From an uncultured Clostridia bacterium (lineage in GTDB: Bacteria; Bacillota; Clostridia; Oscillospirales; Acutalibacteraceae): a stretch of 26,989 bases of DNA. Under the pieces are notes generated by a model that saw only the letters and a list, made by a program, of their open reading frames with translations, was not told the origin of the DNA and did no database searches. Positions 1-7,747 of the stretch are shown piece after piece. Location of the stretch: contig CAMJHU010000001.1 in NCBI GenBank assembly GCA_946405565.1, positions 1-26,989 on the forward strand. The letters run 5' to 3'. Within the stretch, counting starts at the first letter, position 1. The number at the start of each line of letters is the position of its first letter. The position numbers and the translations under genes are program-made.

Positions 1-2
1 CC

Positions 3-638
3 ATCGAGGAAAAGCGTGCGGATCGGAAACGTGAAAAGCTGACCATTCAGAAATCCTCCGAAAGATATGTGGAATCCTACACGGATACCTTCGACCGTGT
101 GGCGCGGGAGGGAAAATTCCTCTCGATTTCCAAAGGCTATCCGGCATCGGAAATGGCACGGTTTATCCGGGGCTGCCATAACTGCGGCTATCCGCAGTTT
201 CTGCTCATCAACGGACAAAACCGTGCCGTGGGCTGGTGCGATATTGTGCGCCGTTCCGATACGCCCGACGATGTGGGTTTCCTGGGTGTGGGGATTCTCA
301 AAGAATACCGGCACCGCGGACTGGGCGGCAGACTGATGGCAGCCACCATTGCCGAAGCGCGGCGACGGGGATTTCATGAGATTCGGCTGGAGGTGCGCGC
401 GTCCAATACCGGCGCAATCCGCACGTATCGCCGTCTGGGATTTGTAAAAATTGCCCATATCCCTGACGGAGTAGTGACTGATGGCGTTTCGGAAGATATC
501 TGGCTCATGAGCCTCTACGCGCGTCGGTTGGAACGCAGTGGCTTTGACGGCAGGGCGTTTGTGAAACGCTTTCCCCATATTGGCTACCGTTTTCAGCCGC
601 CGAAACGTTCGGCGCGGACAGGGGGAGAGCAGACATGA
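3..638 (+). CDS. GNAT-family N-acetyltransferase, 5'-truncated by the window edge
   Basis: The frame of the 69..638 ORF is open with no stop back to position 3 (IEEKRADRKREKLTIQKSSERYVESYTD...). It has the acetyl-CoA motif A (GVGILKEYRHRGLGGRLM) and motif B (LEVRASNTGAIRTYRRLGF). The stop overlaps the next start (ATGA 635-638). Confidence 0.85.
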   Translation: MEEKRADRKREKLTIQKSSERYVESYTDTFDRVAREGKFLSISKGYPASEMARFIRGCHNCGYPQFLLINGQNRAVGWCDIVRRSDTPDDVGFLGVGILKEYRHRGLGGRLMAATIAEARRRGFHEIRLEVRASNTGAIRTYRRLGFVKIAHIPDGVVTDGVSEDIWLMSLYARRLERSGFDGRAFVKRFPHIGYRFQPPKRSARTGGEQT

Positions 639-1372
639 AAGAAACCGTACTCATTACCGGCGCGTCACGGGGCATCGGTCTGGCGACGGCAAGGGCGTTT
701 GCGGCATTGGGACATCCGGTGGTGCTCAATTATCACACGGGTCAGGAACGCGCATTTGAAGCGGCGCGGGATATTCACGCGGCGGGCGGCATGGCGCTGG
801 CAATCGGTGCGGACGTGTCCCATCCCGAAGAGGTGGCTGCGATGTTTGACGAGGTACACGCGCAGCTCGGACCCGTGGGGATTCTGGTCAACAACGCGGC
901 AGTGGCACGGCAGAATCTGTTGACCGACGTGAGCTATGAGGAATGGCGTACCACATTTGGCGTCAATGTGGACGGTACTTTTCTGTGTTCAAAATTAGCG
1001 ATACGGGATATGCTGCGGCAGCATCGCGGCAGCATTGTGAATGTATCTTCCATGTGGGGACAGGTGGGCGCTTCCTGCGAGGCGCTGTATTCCGCGACCA
1101 AGGCGGCGGTGATCGGTCTGACCAAGGCGCTTGCGCAGGAAGTGGGTCCGTCTGGTCTCCGTGTCAATTGCGTGGCGCCGGGAGTCATTGACACCGACAT
1201 GAATGCCCATCTTACCTCTGATGATTTCGCCGTGCTGCGGGAAGAAACGCCGCTGCTGCGGCTGGGAACTCCCGAAGATGTAGCGCAGGCAATTGTCTTT
1301 CTCTGCTCGGACAAGGCGTCCTTTATCACGGGGCAGGTCCTGGGGGTCAACGGGGGATTTGTGACGGTATAA
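635..1372 (+). CDS. ymfI: FabG-like short-chain dehydrogenase/reductase, YmfI (EF-P 5-aminopentanone reductase)-like subfamily
   Basis: SDR motifs TGASRGIG, NNAA and YSATK are present. The segment SSMWGQVGASCEALYSATKAAVIGLTKALAQE...VNCVAPGVIDTDMN is typical of YmfI-like proteins. The SDR call is firm; the subfamily call is from recognition only. Confidence 0.75.
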   Translation: MKETVLITGASRGIGLATARAFAALGHPVVLNYHTGQERAFEAARDIHAAGGMALAIGADVSHPEEVAAMFDEVHAQLGPVGILVNNAAVARQNLLTDVSYEEWRTTFGVNVDGTFLCSKLAIRDMLRQHRGSIVNVSSMWGQVGASCEALYSATKAAVIGLTKALAQEVGPSGLRVNCVAPGVIDTDMNAHLTSDDFAVLREETPLLRLGTPEDVAQAIVFLCSDKASFITGQVLGVNGGFVTV

Positions 1373-1412
1373 AAGTTACAGACAGGCTTGAGATAAAGGG
1401 AGGCGACGGAAC

Positions 1413-2366
1413 GTGCGTCCGGATACGATGAAAAAAGAGACAATCTGGTGCGTACTGCTGGGTTCGGCTGCGATGCTCACGCTGTGCTTTGCGATCGTGG
1501 CAATGTTGAGTGGCAACGTCAGGAAGATATCGTTTTCAGAGGCATTACAGGCGTCAGCGAGGCTGAACGCGTTGTGCGGCGGCTCGTCGGAAAGTGTCTC
1601 TCTGACCGGTACGCCGTTTGACGTGGAGTGCGTGCCGCCGGAGCCGGTGTATGTGGAACGGTTCCGCCATGTGGAGGGAGAAACCGCGACCTATGTGCCG
1701 GTTATGATGTACCATTTCTTTTATGACGCGGATGTGGAGGGTCCTACCAAAGGAACCAACAGCCACTCCATTCAGTCGGTGCGCGACCAGCTGCAATATC
1801 TCTGGGAAAACGGTTATGTCACGTTGACCATGGACGAACTGTATGAATGGCTGAACGGTAGGATTGAACTGCCGCGGCGGTGTATTCTGCTGACGTCCGA
1901 TGACGGACAGGATAATTTTTTTGAGCTGCTCCAGCCGGAATTGCATCGTTACGGCTTTGTGGCAACGTCCTTTGTGATCACCGGTTATCGCAAGCATATT
2001 CCCGAAAAGCTTCTGCTGCCCAATATCGAACTGCACTGTCACACCCACGATATGCACAAGGGAATGGTGACGAGCGGCGGTGTACCGGACAATCGCGGTA
2101 TGATGCAGGGCGTCTCGGTAGAGGAAGGCGTGAAGGATCTGTCCAAATGCGTGGAGATTCTGCACGGTTCACAGTATTTTGCCTATCCTTACGGGACATA
2201 CGGCGGTCACTCTAAAGAAATCCTGCGTCAGACCGGGTTCCGTTTGGCGTTTACTACGCAATACGGCTATGTGCATCGCGGGGACGATCCGCTGCAGCTC
2301 AGCCGCGTGCGGGTCAGCGGTTCGATGTCCGTCAGCAGCTTCCGTGCCGCTATCGGAGGATCATAA
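1413..2366 (+). CDS. Membrane-anchored polysaccharide deacetylase (CE4/NodB fold, IcaB-like)
   Basis: N-terminal hydrophobic helix (IWCVLLGSAAMLTLCFAIVAML). Motifs VMMYH, LTSDDG, HTHDMH, FAYPYG, AFTT and LSRVRV are present. RBS GGGAGG lies ~9 nt before the GTG start. Confidence 0.88.
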   Translation: MRPDTMKKETIWCVLLGSAAMLTLCFAIVAMLSGNVRKISFSEALQASARLNALCGGSSESVSLTGTPFDVECVPPEPVYVERFRHVEGETATYVPVMMYHFFYDADVEGPTKGTNSHSIQSVRDQLQYLWENGYVTLTMDELYEWLNGRIELPRRCILLTSDDGQDNFFELLQPELHRYGFVATSFVITGYRKHIPEKLLLPNIELHCHTHDMHKGMVTSGGVPDNRGMMQGVSVEEGVKDLSKCVEILHGSQYFAYPYGTYGGHSKEILRQTGFRLAFTTQYGYVHRGDDPLQLSRVRVSGSMSVSSFRAAIGGS

Positions 2367-2400
2367 ATCGTCGACGGTCAGCCTGACATTTTTTGATAAG

Positions 2401-2437
2401 AAAAAGGCAAGGTTTCTCAAGGAAACCTTGCCTTTTT
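2401..2437. terminator. Bidirectional intrinsic terminator between convergent genes
   Basis: Perfect 16-bp inverted repeat AAAAAGGCAAGGTTTC-tcaag-GAAACCTTGCCTTTTT, with T-tracts available on both strands. Confidence 0.9.
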
Positions 2438-2455
2438 GGTATTCTTGGGTAAAAA

Positions 2456-3001
2456 TTAAAACTTAACGAATTTGCGGAGAAAGACGCGCAATTTAGCGTC
2501 GTACAGCGCGAAAAATTCCCACAATGCGTGGTCATAGAAGATAAACGAAAAATTTCCTACCACAAAATAGAAGAGCAGCACCATCCAGATAGGATTGTCC
2601 GTATTAAAGACCGGCACTGCCATGACCACACTGGCCAGCCAGATGGCGAGTACGGAACAACCGTTGAATATGGCAGCCTTTATCAAAATGCGCACCGCTT
2701 TGGAAGAAAGTCGGTTGATGTAGGGCTGGAGAATCGGATAGTGACCGAAGAGCATGAGATAGAAGAAAGCCAGTTCTTTGTCGGTGACGAGCATAATGCC
2801 CAGCAGCGATACAGCGGTAAACATGGTAATGGCAGTCTTGGTGCCATATTCCTTGACCGGCACGATCATGATACCGCCCACAAGCATGGGAGCGGCGTAA
2901 GTCATCACACCGAGGAAGCCGGCAAGAATCAAAGCGACTAAACTCAGCGCCGTCAGAATGCCGCAGACCGCAATTTTAGCCGAATTGGCGGATTGTCTCA
3001 A
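2456..3001 (-). CDS. Conserved polytopic membrane protein (about 5 TM helices), third gene of the DUF5685/J-domain operon
   Basis: 181 aa with repeated hydrophobic segments. TTG start preceded by GGAGGT (ACCTCC at 3009-3014 on the + strand). Confidence 0.8.
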   Translation of the reverse strand: MRQSANSAKIAVCGILTALSLVALILAGFLGVMTYAAPMLVGGIMIVPVKEYGTKTAITMFTAVSLLGIMLVTDKELAFFYLMLFGHYPILQPYINRLSSKAVRILIKAAIFNGCSVLAIWLASVVMAVPVFNTDNPIWMVLLFYFVVGNFSFIFYDHALWEFFALYDAKLRVFLRKFVKF

Positions 3002-3065
3002 AGCAGATACCTCCGTTTGATCGGAAAATAGAGAGCAGATATATCATACAGAAGAAAACGGCACA

Positions 3066-3752
3066 TCAGCAGCAGGTAATCAAATCGCCGCCGAAGCATT
3101 CGCAGCAGGAATCGGCACAAAGCAGACCTACGCAGGTGGAGCAGGGTCCGCATCCGCTGGCACAGGAAGCATTGCTCTGTTTGGGACGGTACTGATAACC
3201 GGCATTTTTGCCGCTGCGCTGCTGAGAAACCTGTGTGTAGGCGGCACGGTATTCGGTATTGTTGGGCGAAGCGTTGACGGCGGTTTCAAAATAGGCATAG
3301 GCTTGATCCACCCAGCCGCGACGATACAGCACGGTTCCCTTGAGGAAATACCATTCGGCATTGCGGCGGCTGACCGGCACACCGTCCAAAAGCTGCTCCG
3401 CATCGGTGATGCGTCCTGCCGCCAGCAGGTTGCGCACGTCGGCAAAGTCGGTGTGCTGGGTGCCGGAATAGGTACCCGCGCCGGTGTAACCGCCCGCGCT
3501 GCCATAGCTGCCCGAAGCGGAGGAGGTATCCGATGTGCCGCCGACCGGACGACCGTTTTTGCGTGCGTTGATAATCTCATCGTAAGCCTGATTGATTTCG
3601 GTCATCTTTTCGGCTGCCAGTTCCGCTACGTCAGGCGCGCTGGCATAATTGTCGGGGTGATATTTTTTGGCGAGCGCGCGGAAAGCCGTTTTAATTTCGT
3701 CATCTGTCGCACTGGGGGAAACGCCCAGCACCGCATACGGATCAGTCATCAT
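3066..3752 (-). CDS. J-domain protein with G/S/Y-rich linker, TPR-like repeat and Cys-rich C-terminal tail
   Basis: DPYAVLGVS...AFRALAKKYHPD (HPD motif intact). TPR-like segment AEWYFLKGTVLYRRGWVDQAYAYFETAVNASPNNTEY. The protein ends CASGCGPCSTCVGLLCADSCCECFGGDLITCC. Confidence 0.9.
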   Translation of the reverse strand: MMTDPYAVLGVSPSATDDEIKTAFRALAKKYHPDNYASAPDVAELAAEKMTEINQAYDEIINARKNGRPVGGTSDTSSASGSYGSAGGYTGAGTYSGTQHTDFADVRNLLAAGRITDAEQLLDGVPVSRRNAEWYFLKGTVLYRRGWVDQAYAYFETAVNASPNNTEYRAAYTQVSQQRSGKNAGYQYRPKQSNASCASGCGPCSTCVGLLCADSCCECFGGDLITCC

Positions 3753-3774
3753 GTGTCAACTCCTGTTATTCTTA

Positions 3775-4695
3775 TCATTTAGCATGGTTTTGTTTGCGGG
3801 ATTCGGCGGGTGGCTTATGGAGCGCCGCCTTTTGTGCTTCGGATATGCCGAGATACATGATATTGTCAAGAATGGGCTTGAAGGCTCCAAAGTCGAGCAG
3901 TTCGTAATATTTGACCGCTTCGGCAACCGAGAGATTGAGACTGTCGTTGCCGAACGCGCGCGCTTCTTCTCGCCGCTCGGAACGGTCGGTAATGTCTTGG
4001 GCGGTCAAACCAAACCGCAGCGCCAGCGGATTAAAGGCGCCGTCGGTCACATCCCGATCAAGATCGTCCAGCGCGTCTATCATATAAATCCACCGTCCCA
4101 GAAAATACCCGAAATATCTGAGTACCGTCTGATCCTCCGGTTTATGGGAAAGCCGGACAGCAAAAGCGGAAATGACGTCGGCGGTGGGTTGACAAAGTGC
4201 GTCTATCATTCCCTCGTTGTCGGGGGAAGCGCATTGCTCGGCTTGGGTCTGGCGGCGGATATACTCGTCGACCAGCGCGTCCTCGTCGGGAAAGCGCTTC
4301 ATGGCACGTCTGCGCACATGGGCGGCATAGGGCGTCAGCAACCGCCAAAGCAGCCGTCTGATGCCGGACGTGTCCTGAATGTTGTCCCGCAGCTTGTAAT
4401 AGAACATGATAGCGGTAAGCGCGGAGGTGTATTCAAAGGCTTCGTGGTGAGTGGTACAGTTGCCGCACCGTTTGAGAGGATTGAAGGCGCAGCGTCCGCG
4501 CATAAAGGCTGACGGTTTGTCGCTGAGCGCAATCATGATCATGGTCATGAAGGTATAGTCGTAATTCAGCAGCAGCCGTGCGGGTAATCCGAGCTGTTTG
4601 CCCAGATGGCGGCAGAGGGTACAGTAGACCGACTGATAGGTATCATATTCACAAATCTTCATCTGCGGTTTACAGATGCGGACATATCCGAACAC
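3775..4695 (-). CDS. DUF5685-family protein
   Basis: MFGYV start, YCTLCRHLG, CAFNPLKRC, YYKLRDNIQD and GRWIYMIDALDDLDRD...FNPL match my recollection of this family, which is commonly found upstream of J-domain genes in Clostridia. GTG start. Confidence 0.8.
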   Translation of the reverse strand: MFGYVRICKPQMKICEYDTYQSVYCTLCRHLGKQLGLPARLLLNYDYTFMTMIMIALSDKPSAFMRGRCAFNPLKRCGNCTTHHEAFEYTSALTAIMFYYKLRDNIQDTSGIRRLLWRLLTPYAAHVRRRAMKRFPDEDALVDEYIRRQTQAEQCASPDNEGMIDALCQPTADVISAFAVRLSHKPEDQTVLRYFGYFLGRWIYMIDALDDLDRDVTDGAFNPLALRFGLTAQDITDRSERREEARAFGNDSLNLSVAEAVKYYELLDFGAFKPILDNIMYLGISEAQKAALHKPPAESRKQNHAK

Positions 4696-4893
4696 CTTTG
4701 CCCTCGTCTCCCTTATGAACCGTATTTCAACGTCTATTATCTCATAATTTACGCGGCGCTTTATTACAAATATGTAAATTTCCTAAAAATAATCATCATT
4801 GCATGGACTTTTCCGGCAGTCGGGGGGCATAATCCGCTTCTGTGTTCCATAGAAATGGAAAAAGAAAGAATGGATTGGGAGGCAGAGGACGGC

Positions 4894-5625
4894 ATGATTC
4901 ATCTGAGGGCAAAACATTGGTTTTTATTGTTTGCCGCGGCACTGTTCGGGGCATCTCTGTGGCTGACAGTGCGTCTGGCGGGGGACGTGAGCGACGCTTC
5001 GGCGGAGCGGGAGCTGGGCGACGGCAGCCGGGTGATCCTGATTGATCCGGGACACGGAGGTTTCGACGGCGGCGCGGTGGGAACCGCGGGGACGGTGGAA
5101 AAAGACGTCAATCTTGCCGTCGCGCTTAAACTGCGGGATATGCTGACCCAGGCGGGCTATCAGGTGGTGATGACGCGGGATTCGGACGATATTCCGGGCG
5201 ACAATCCCGCGTCATCCATTCGCAGCCGCAAGATTGCGGATATGCGCGCGCGCCTGAACCTCACCAGACTCTATCCCGGTTCCACGCTGATAAGCATTCA
5301 TCAGAACCTGCTGGCGGGCAGCCATACCGTACGGGGAGCGCAGGTATTCTATTCGCCCAACCGCGAGAGCAGCAGGCAGCTGGCACAGGACATTCAGGAC
5401 GAATTCAATGCCGCGGTTCAGCCGCAGAAGCCGCGTGAAATCGTGAAAACCGGCAAGAATCTCTATTTGTTCTATCACGCGCAGAACACGGCGGTGCTGT
5501 GCGAGTGCGGATTTCTTTCTCACTCGGAAGAGGAAGCGCTGCTCACGACCGAGGAATATCAATACCGGCTGGCGTACTGTATTTATCGCGGACTGCTGCG
5601 ATATGACGGTGCCGATACAGCCTGA
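4894..5625 (+). CDS. cwlD: N-acetylmuramoyl-L-alanine amidase (Amidase_3), CwlD-like
   Basis: N-terminal TM helix and Zn-amidase motifs ILIDPGHGGFDGGA, EKDVNLAVA, ISIHQN and VLCECGFLS. Start placed at ATG 4894 after GGAGG/GAGGAC; the ORF-track extension to 4606 runs through the divergent intergenic region. Confidence 0.8.
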   Translation: MIHLRAKHWFLLFAAALFGASLWLTVRLAGDVSDASAERELGDGSRVILIDPGHGGFDGGAVGTAGTVEKDVNLAVALKLRDMLTQAGYQVVMTRDSDDIPGDNPASSIRSRKIADMRARLNLTRLYPGSTLISIHQNLLAGSHTVRGAQVFYSPNRESSRQLAQDIQDEFNAAVQPQKPREIVKTGKNLYLFYHAQNTAVLCECGFLSHSEEEALLTTEEYQYRLAYCIYRGLLRYDGADTA

Positions 5626-5677
5626 AAAAGCCTTTTGAGCTATCCCTTAAAAAATGATAAAAAAGTGCAAAAATCTA

Positions 5678-5706
5678 TTTTCATCCGGGCAGAAGTGTGA
5701 TATAAT
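5678..5706 (+). promoter_or_regulatory. Sigma-A-type promoter for the era operon
   Basis: TTTTCA-N17-TATAAT with an extended -10 TG at 5698-5699. Confidence 0.65.
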
Positions 5707-5743
5707 AACCGTAAGCCATTACAGATGTACGGAGTTGAAACCA

Positions 5744-6658
5744 TTGCAACATACAAATCCATCCAGCAAATCGGCGTTTGTTGCCATTGTGGGCAAGCCG
5801 AACGTCGGCAAGTCGTCCCTGCTCAACCGGCTGCTGGGCGAAAAGATCGCCATCGTTTCCGCCAAGCCGCAGACCACCCGCAGCAAGATCATGGGTGTGA
5901 TGAATCACGGCGTCACCCAACTGGTGTTTACAGATACCCCCGGTCTGCACAAGCCCCGCAGCAAACTGGGGGACTATATGGTCAGAACCGTGGTGGAAAG
6001 CATTGGCGATGTGGACTGCTGTCTGATGGTAGTGGAGGAAAGCGGAAACCTGCATGAAGCGGAGACACAGTTGATCGAACGCTTCCGTCGGCTGGAAATG
6101 CCCGCTGTCCTCGCTATCAACAAAATCGACCGTCTGCCCGACAAAACCAAGCTGCTCGAACGCATCGCGCTTTTCTCCTCGCTCTATGATTTTGCCGCCA
6201 TCGTTCCCATCAGCGCCGAAACAGGGGAGGGGCTGGACAGGCTGCTCGACGCGTTGTGCGATCTGGCACAGGAAGGACCCCACTTCTTTGACGAGGACAC
6301 GCTCACCGATCAGCCCGAACGTGTGATTGCCGCCGAGATTATCCGCGAAAAGCTGCTGCGATTGCTCAGCGACGAAGTGCCGCACGGCACGGCGGTGGAA
6401 ATCGAGAAAATGCGGGAGCGTCCTGACGGAACCGTGATGGACATCGAAGCGACGGTCTATTGCGAAAAAGAGTCACACAAGGGAATGATTATTGGCAAGG
6501 GCGGCGCGATGCTCAAAAAGATCGGCACGTATGCCCGCACGGACTTGGAAGCCTTTCTGGAAACCAAAGTCAATCTCAAGCTGTGGGTCAAAGTGACGCC
6601 CGATTGGCGCAATAAAGCGGGAAGCCTCAAGCGTTTCGGCTATGTCGAGCAGAAGTAG
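5744..6658 (+). CDS. era: GTPase Era
   Basis: G1 GKPNVGKS, G2 QTTR, G3 DTPG, G4 NKID, and a KH domain with KGMIIGKGGAMLKKIG. TTG start at 5744 follows GGAG and the promoter; the ORF-track start at 5654 lies upstream of the promoter. Confidence 0.97.
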   Translation: MQHTNPSSKSAFVAIVGKPNVGKSSLLNRLLGEKIAIVSAKPQTTRSKIMGVMNHGVTQLVFTDTPGLHKPRSKLGDYMVRTVVESIGDVDCCLMVVEESGNLHEAETQLIERFRRLEMPAVLAINKIDRLPDKTKLLERIALFSSLYDFAAIVPISAETGEGLDRLLDALCDLAQEGPHFFDEDTLTDQPERVIAAEIIREKLLRLLSDEVPHGTAVEIEKMRERPDGTVMDIEATVYCEKESHKGMIIGKGGAMLKKIGTYARTDLEAFLETKVNLKLWVKVTPDWRNKAGSLKRFGYVEQK

Positions 6659-6795
6659 CCGAAAGCGGCACATGAACATTTTGTGAATTCTGCGGCGTGA
6701 AAAGGAACTTTTGCTGTGAGCGGTCAATGATAGTAATAAGGCGGGGTATGATGTTTTGGTGTACCGCCTGACTTCAGAGAAGCGGAGGCGAGAGG

Positions 6796-7023
6796 ATGAC
6801 AATAAACGCGCAGGAGGCTTGGGAAAAATTTATCGAGACCGGGCGGGTGGATTATTATCTGCTCAGCCGGGGCATCAATATTTACGCGGAAGGGGTGCTT
6901 CCGTCGGAGCAGCGGCAGGCGTTATTGCGTCTGCGTGACGCGCAGACGGCACCACCCTTCGGAGGTGACGGGATTGCACCTGACGGTTTCGGGCATCGTA
7001 CTGAAGGTTCAGCCATCGGGTGA
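6796..7023 (+). CDS. yqzL: YqzL-like small protein
   Basis: AWEKFIETGRVDYYLL resembles the YqzL W-x-x-F-x-x-TG...YLL motif. It sits between era and recO as in Bacillus. Strong RBS (GGAGGCGAGAGG). Confidence 0.7.
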   Translation: MTINAQEAWEKFIETGRVDYYLLSRGINIYAEGVLPSEQRQALLRLRDAQTAPPFGGDGIAPDGFGHRTEGSAIG

Positions 7024-7747
7024 CAGCGATCGGCTCTGTACGATCCTCACCGATACCCACGGCGTCATCTATGCGGTGGCAAGAGGCGCCAAGAGTATGA
7101 AAAACAAGAATGCCGCGGCGACGGCGCAATTTGTCTACGGACATTTTGAACTGTTTCGCCGGAAGGAATTGTATATCATCGACGAATCGCAGCCGGAGGA
7201 ACTCTACGCGGGGCTGCGGGAGGACATTGTGCGGCTGACGGTGGCGCAGTATATTTGTCAGCTCGCGAAGGAACTGGTACCGCAGGAGCAGTCGGCGGAA
7301 GAATATCTGCCGCTGCTGCGTGCTGCGCTGTATTACCTCTCGGAAAACACCCGTCCGCCGCTGCTGGTCAAGGCGGCAGCCGAACTGCGCATGATGAGTC
7401 TGGCGGGCTATATGCCCGATCTCGTGATGTGCGCGGGCTGCGGCGCGTATGAACACGATGTGATGTTTTTTTTGCCTGGTTCGGCACAGATTCGCTGTGG
7501 GAACTGCGGAAGCGGGACGGGCAGCAGTGTGCGGCTCTGTCGCGGTGCGCTCGCCGCGATGCGCCACGCGGTGTACAGTGATCTTCGCCGGACATTTGCC
7601 TTCACTCTCAGCGACGACAGCCTGATTCAAATGGCACAGGCGTCGGAGGCGTTTGTGCTGACCAGGCTGGAAAAAAATCTGACCGCGCTTGCCTTCCTGC
7701 ATACCTTGCTGCAGATGCCGTCGGTGAAGGGAGAGACAGGCATATGA
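6974..7747 (+). CDS. recO: DNA repair protein RecO
   Basis: OB-fold start (GIVLKVQPSGDSDRLCTILTDTHGVIYAVARGAK) and Zn finger CAGC...CGNC. TTG at 6974 follows GGAGGTG; the ORF track starts at 6935. Confidence 0.93.
   Translation: MHLTVSGIVLKVQPSGDSDRLCTILTDTHGVIYAVARGAKSMKNKNAAATAQFVYGHFELFRRKELYIIDESQPEELYAGLREDIVRLTVAQYICQLAKELVPQEQSAEEYLPLLRAALYYLSENTRPPLLVKAAAELRMMSLAGYMPDLVMCAGCGAYEHDVMFFLPGSAQIRCGNCGSGTGSSVRLCRGALAAMRHAVYSDLRRTFAFTLSDDSLIQMAQASEAFVLTRLEKNLTALAFLHTLLQMPSVKGETGI

Noticed and set aside
4801-4833. GCATG...CATAAT as a SigG/SigE promoter for cwlD
   Set aside because: The spacer is 22 nt, too long, and I found no correctly spaced -35. Sporulation control is plausible from the gene family but is not shown by the sequence.
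4606-4893. N-terminal extension of the CwlD-like ORF in the ORF track
   Set aside because: It overlaps the divergent DUF5685 gene and the AT-rich promoter region. The RBS and the TM helix point to ATG 4894.
1413-5625. Polysaccharide deacetylase plus CwlD as a muramic-delta-lactam (PdaA/CwlD) pair
   Set aside because: The genes are in separate transcription units, and the deacetylase looks IcaB-like (MYH...DDG...YPYG) rather than PdaA-like.
5654-5743. N-terminal extension of Era
   Set aside because: It spans the era promoter (-10 at 5701). TTG 5744 with GGAG gives a normal-length Era.
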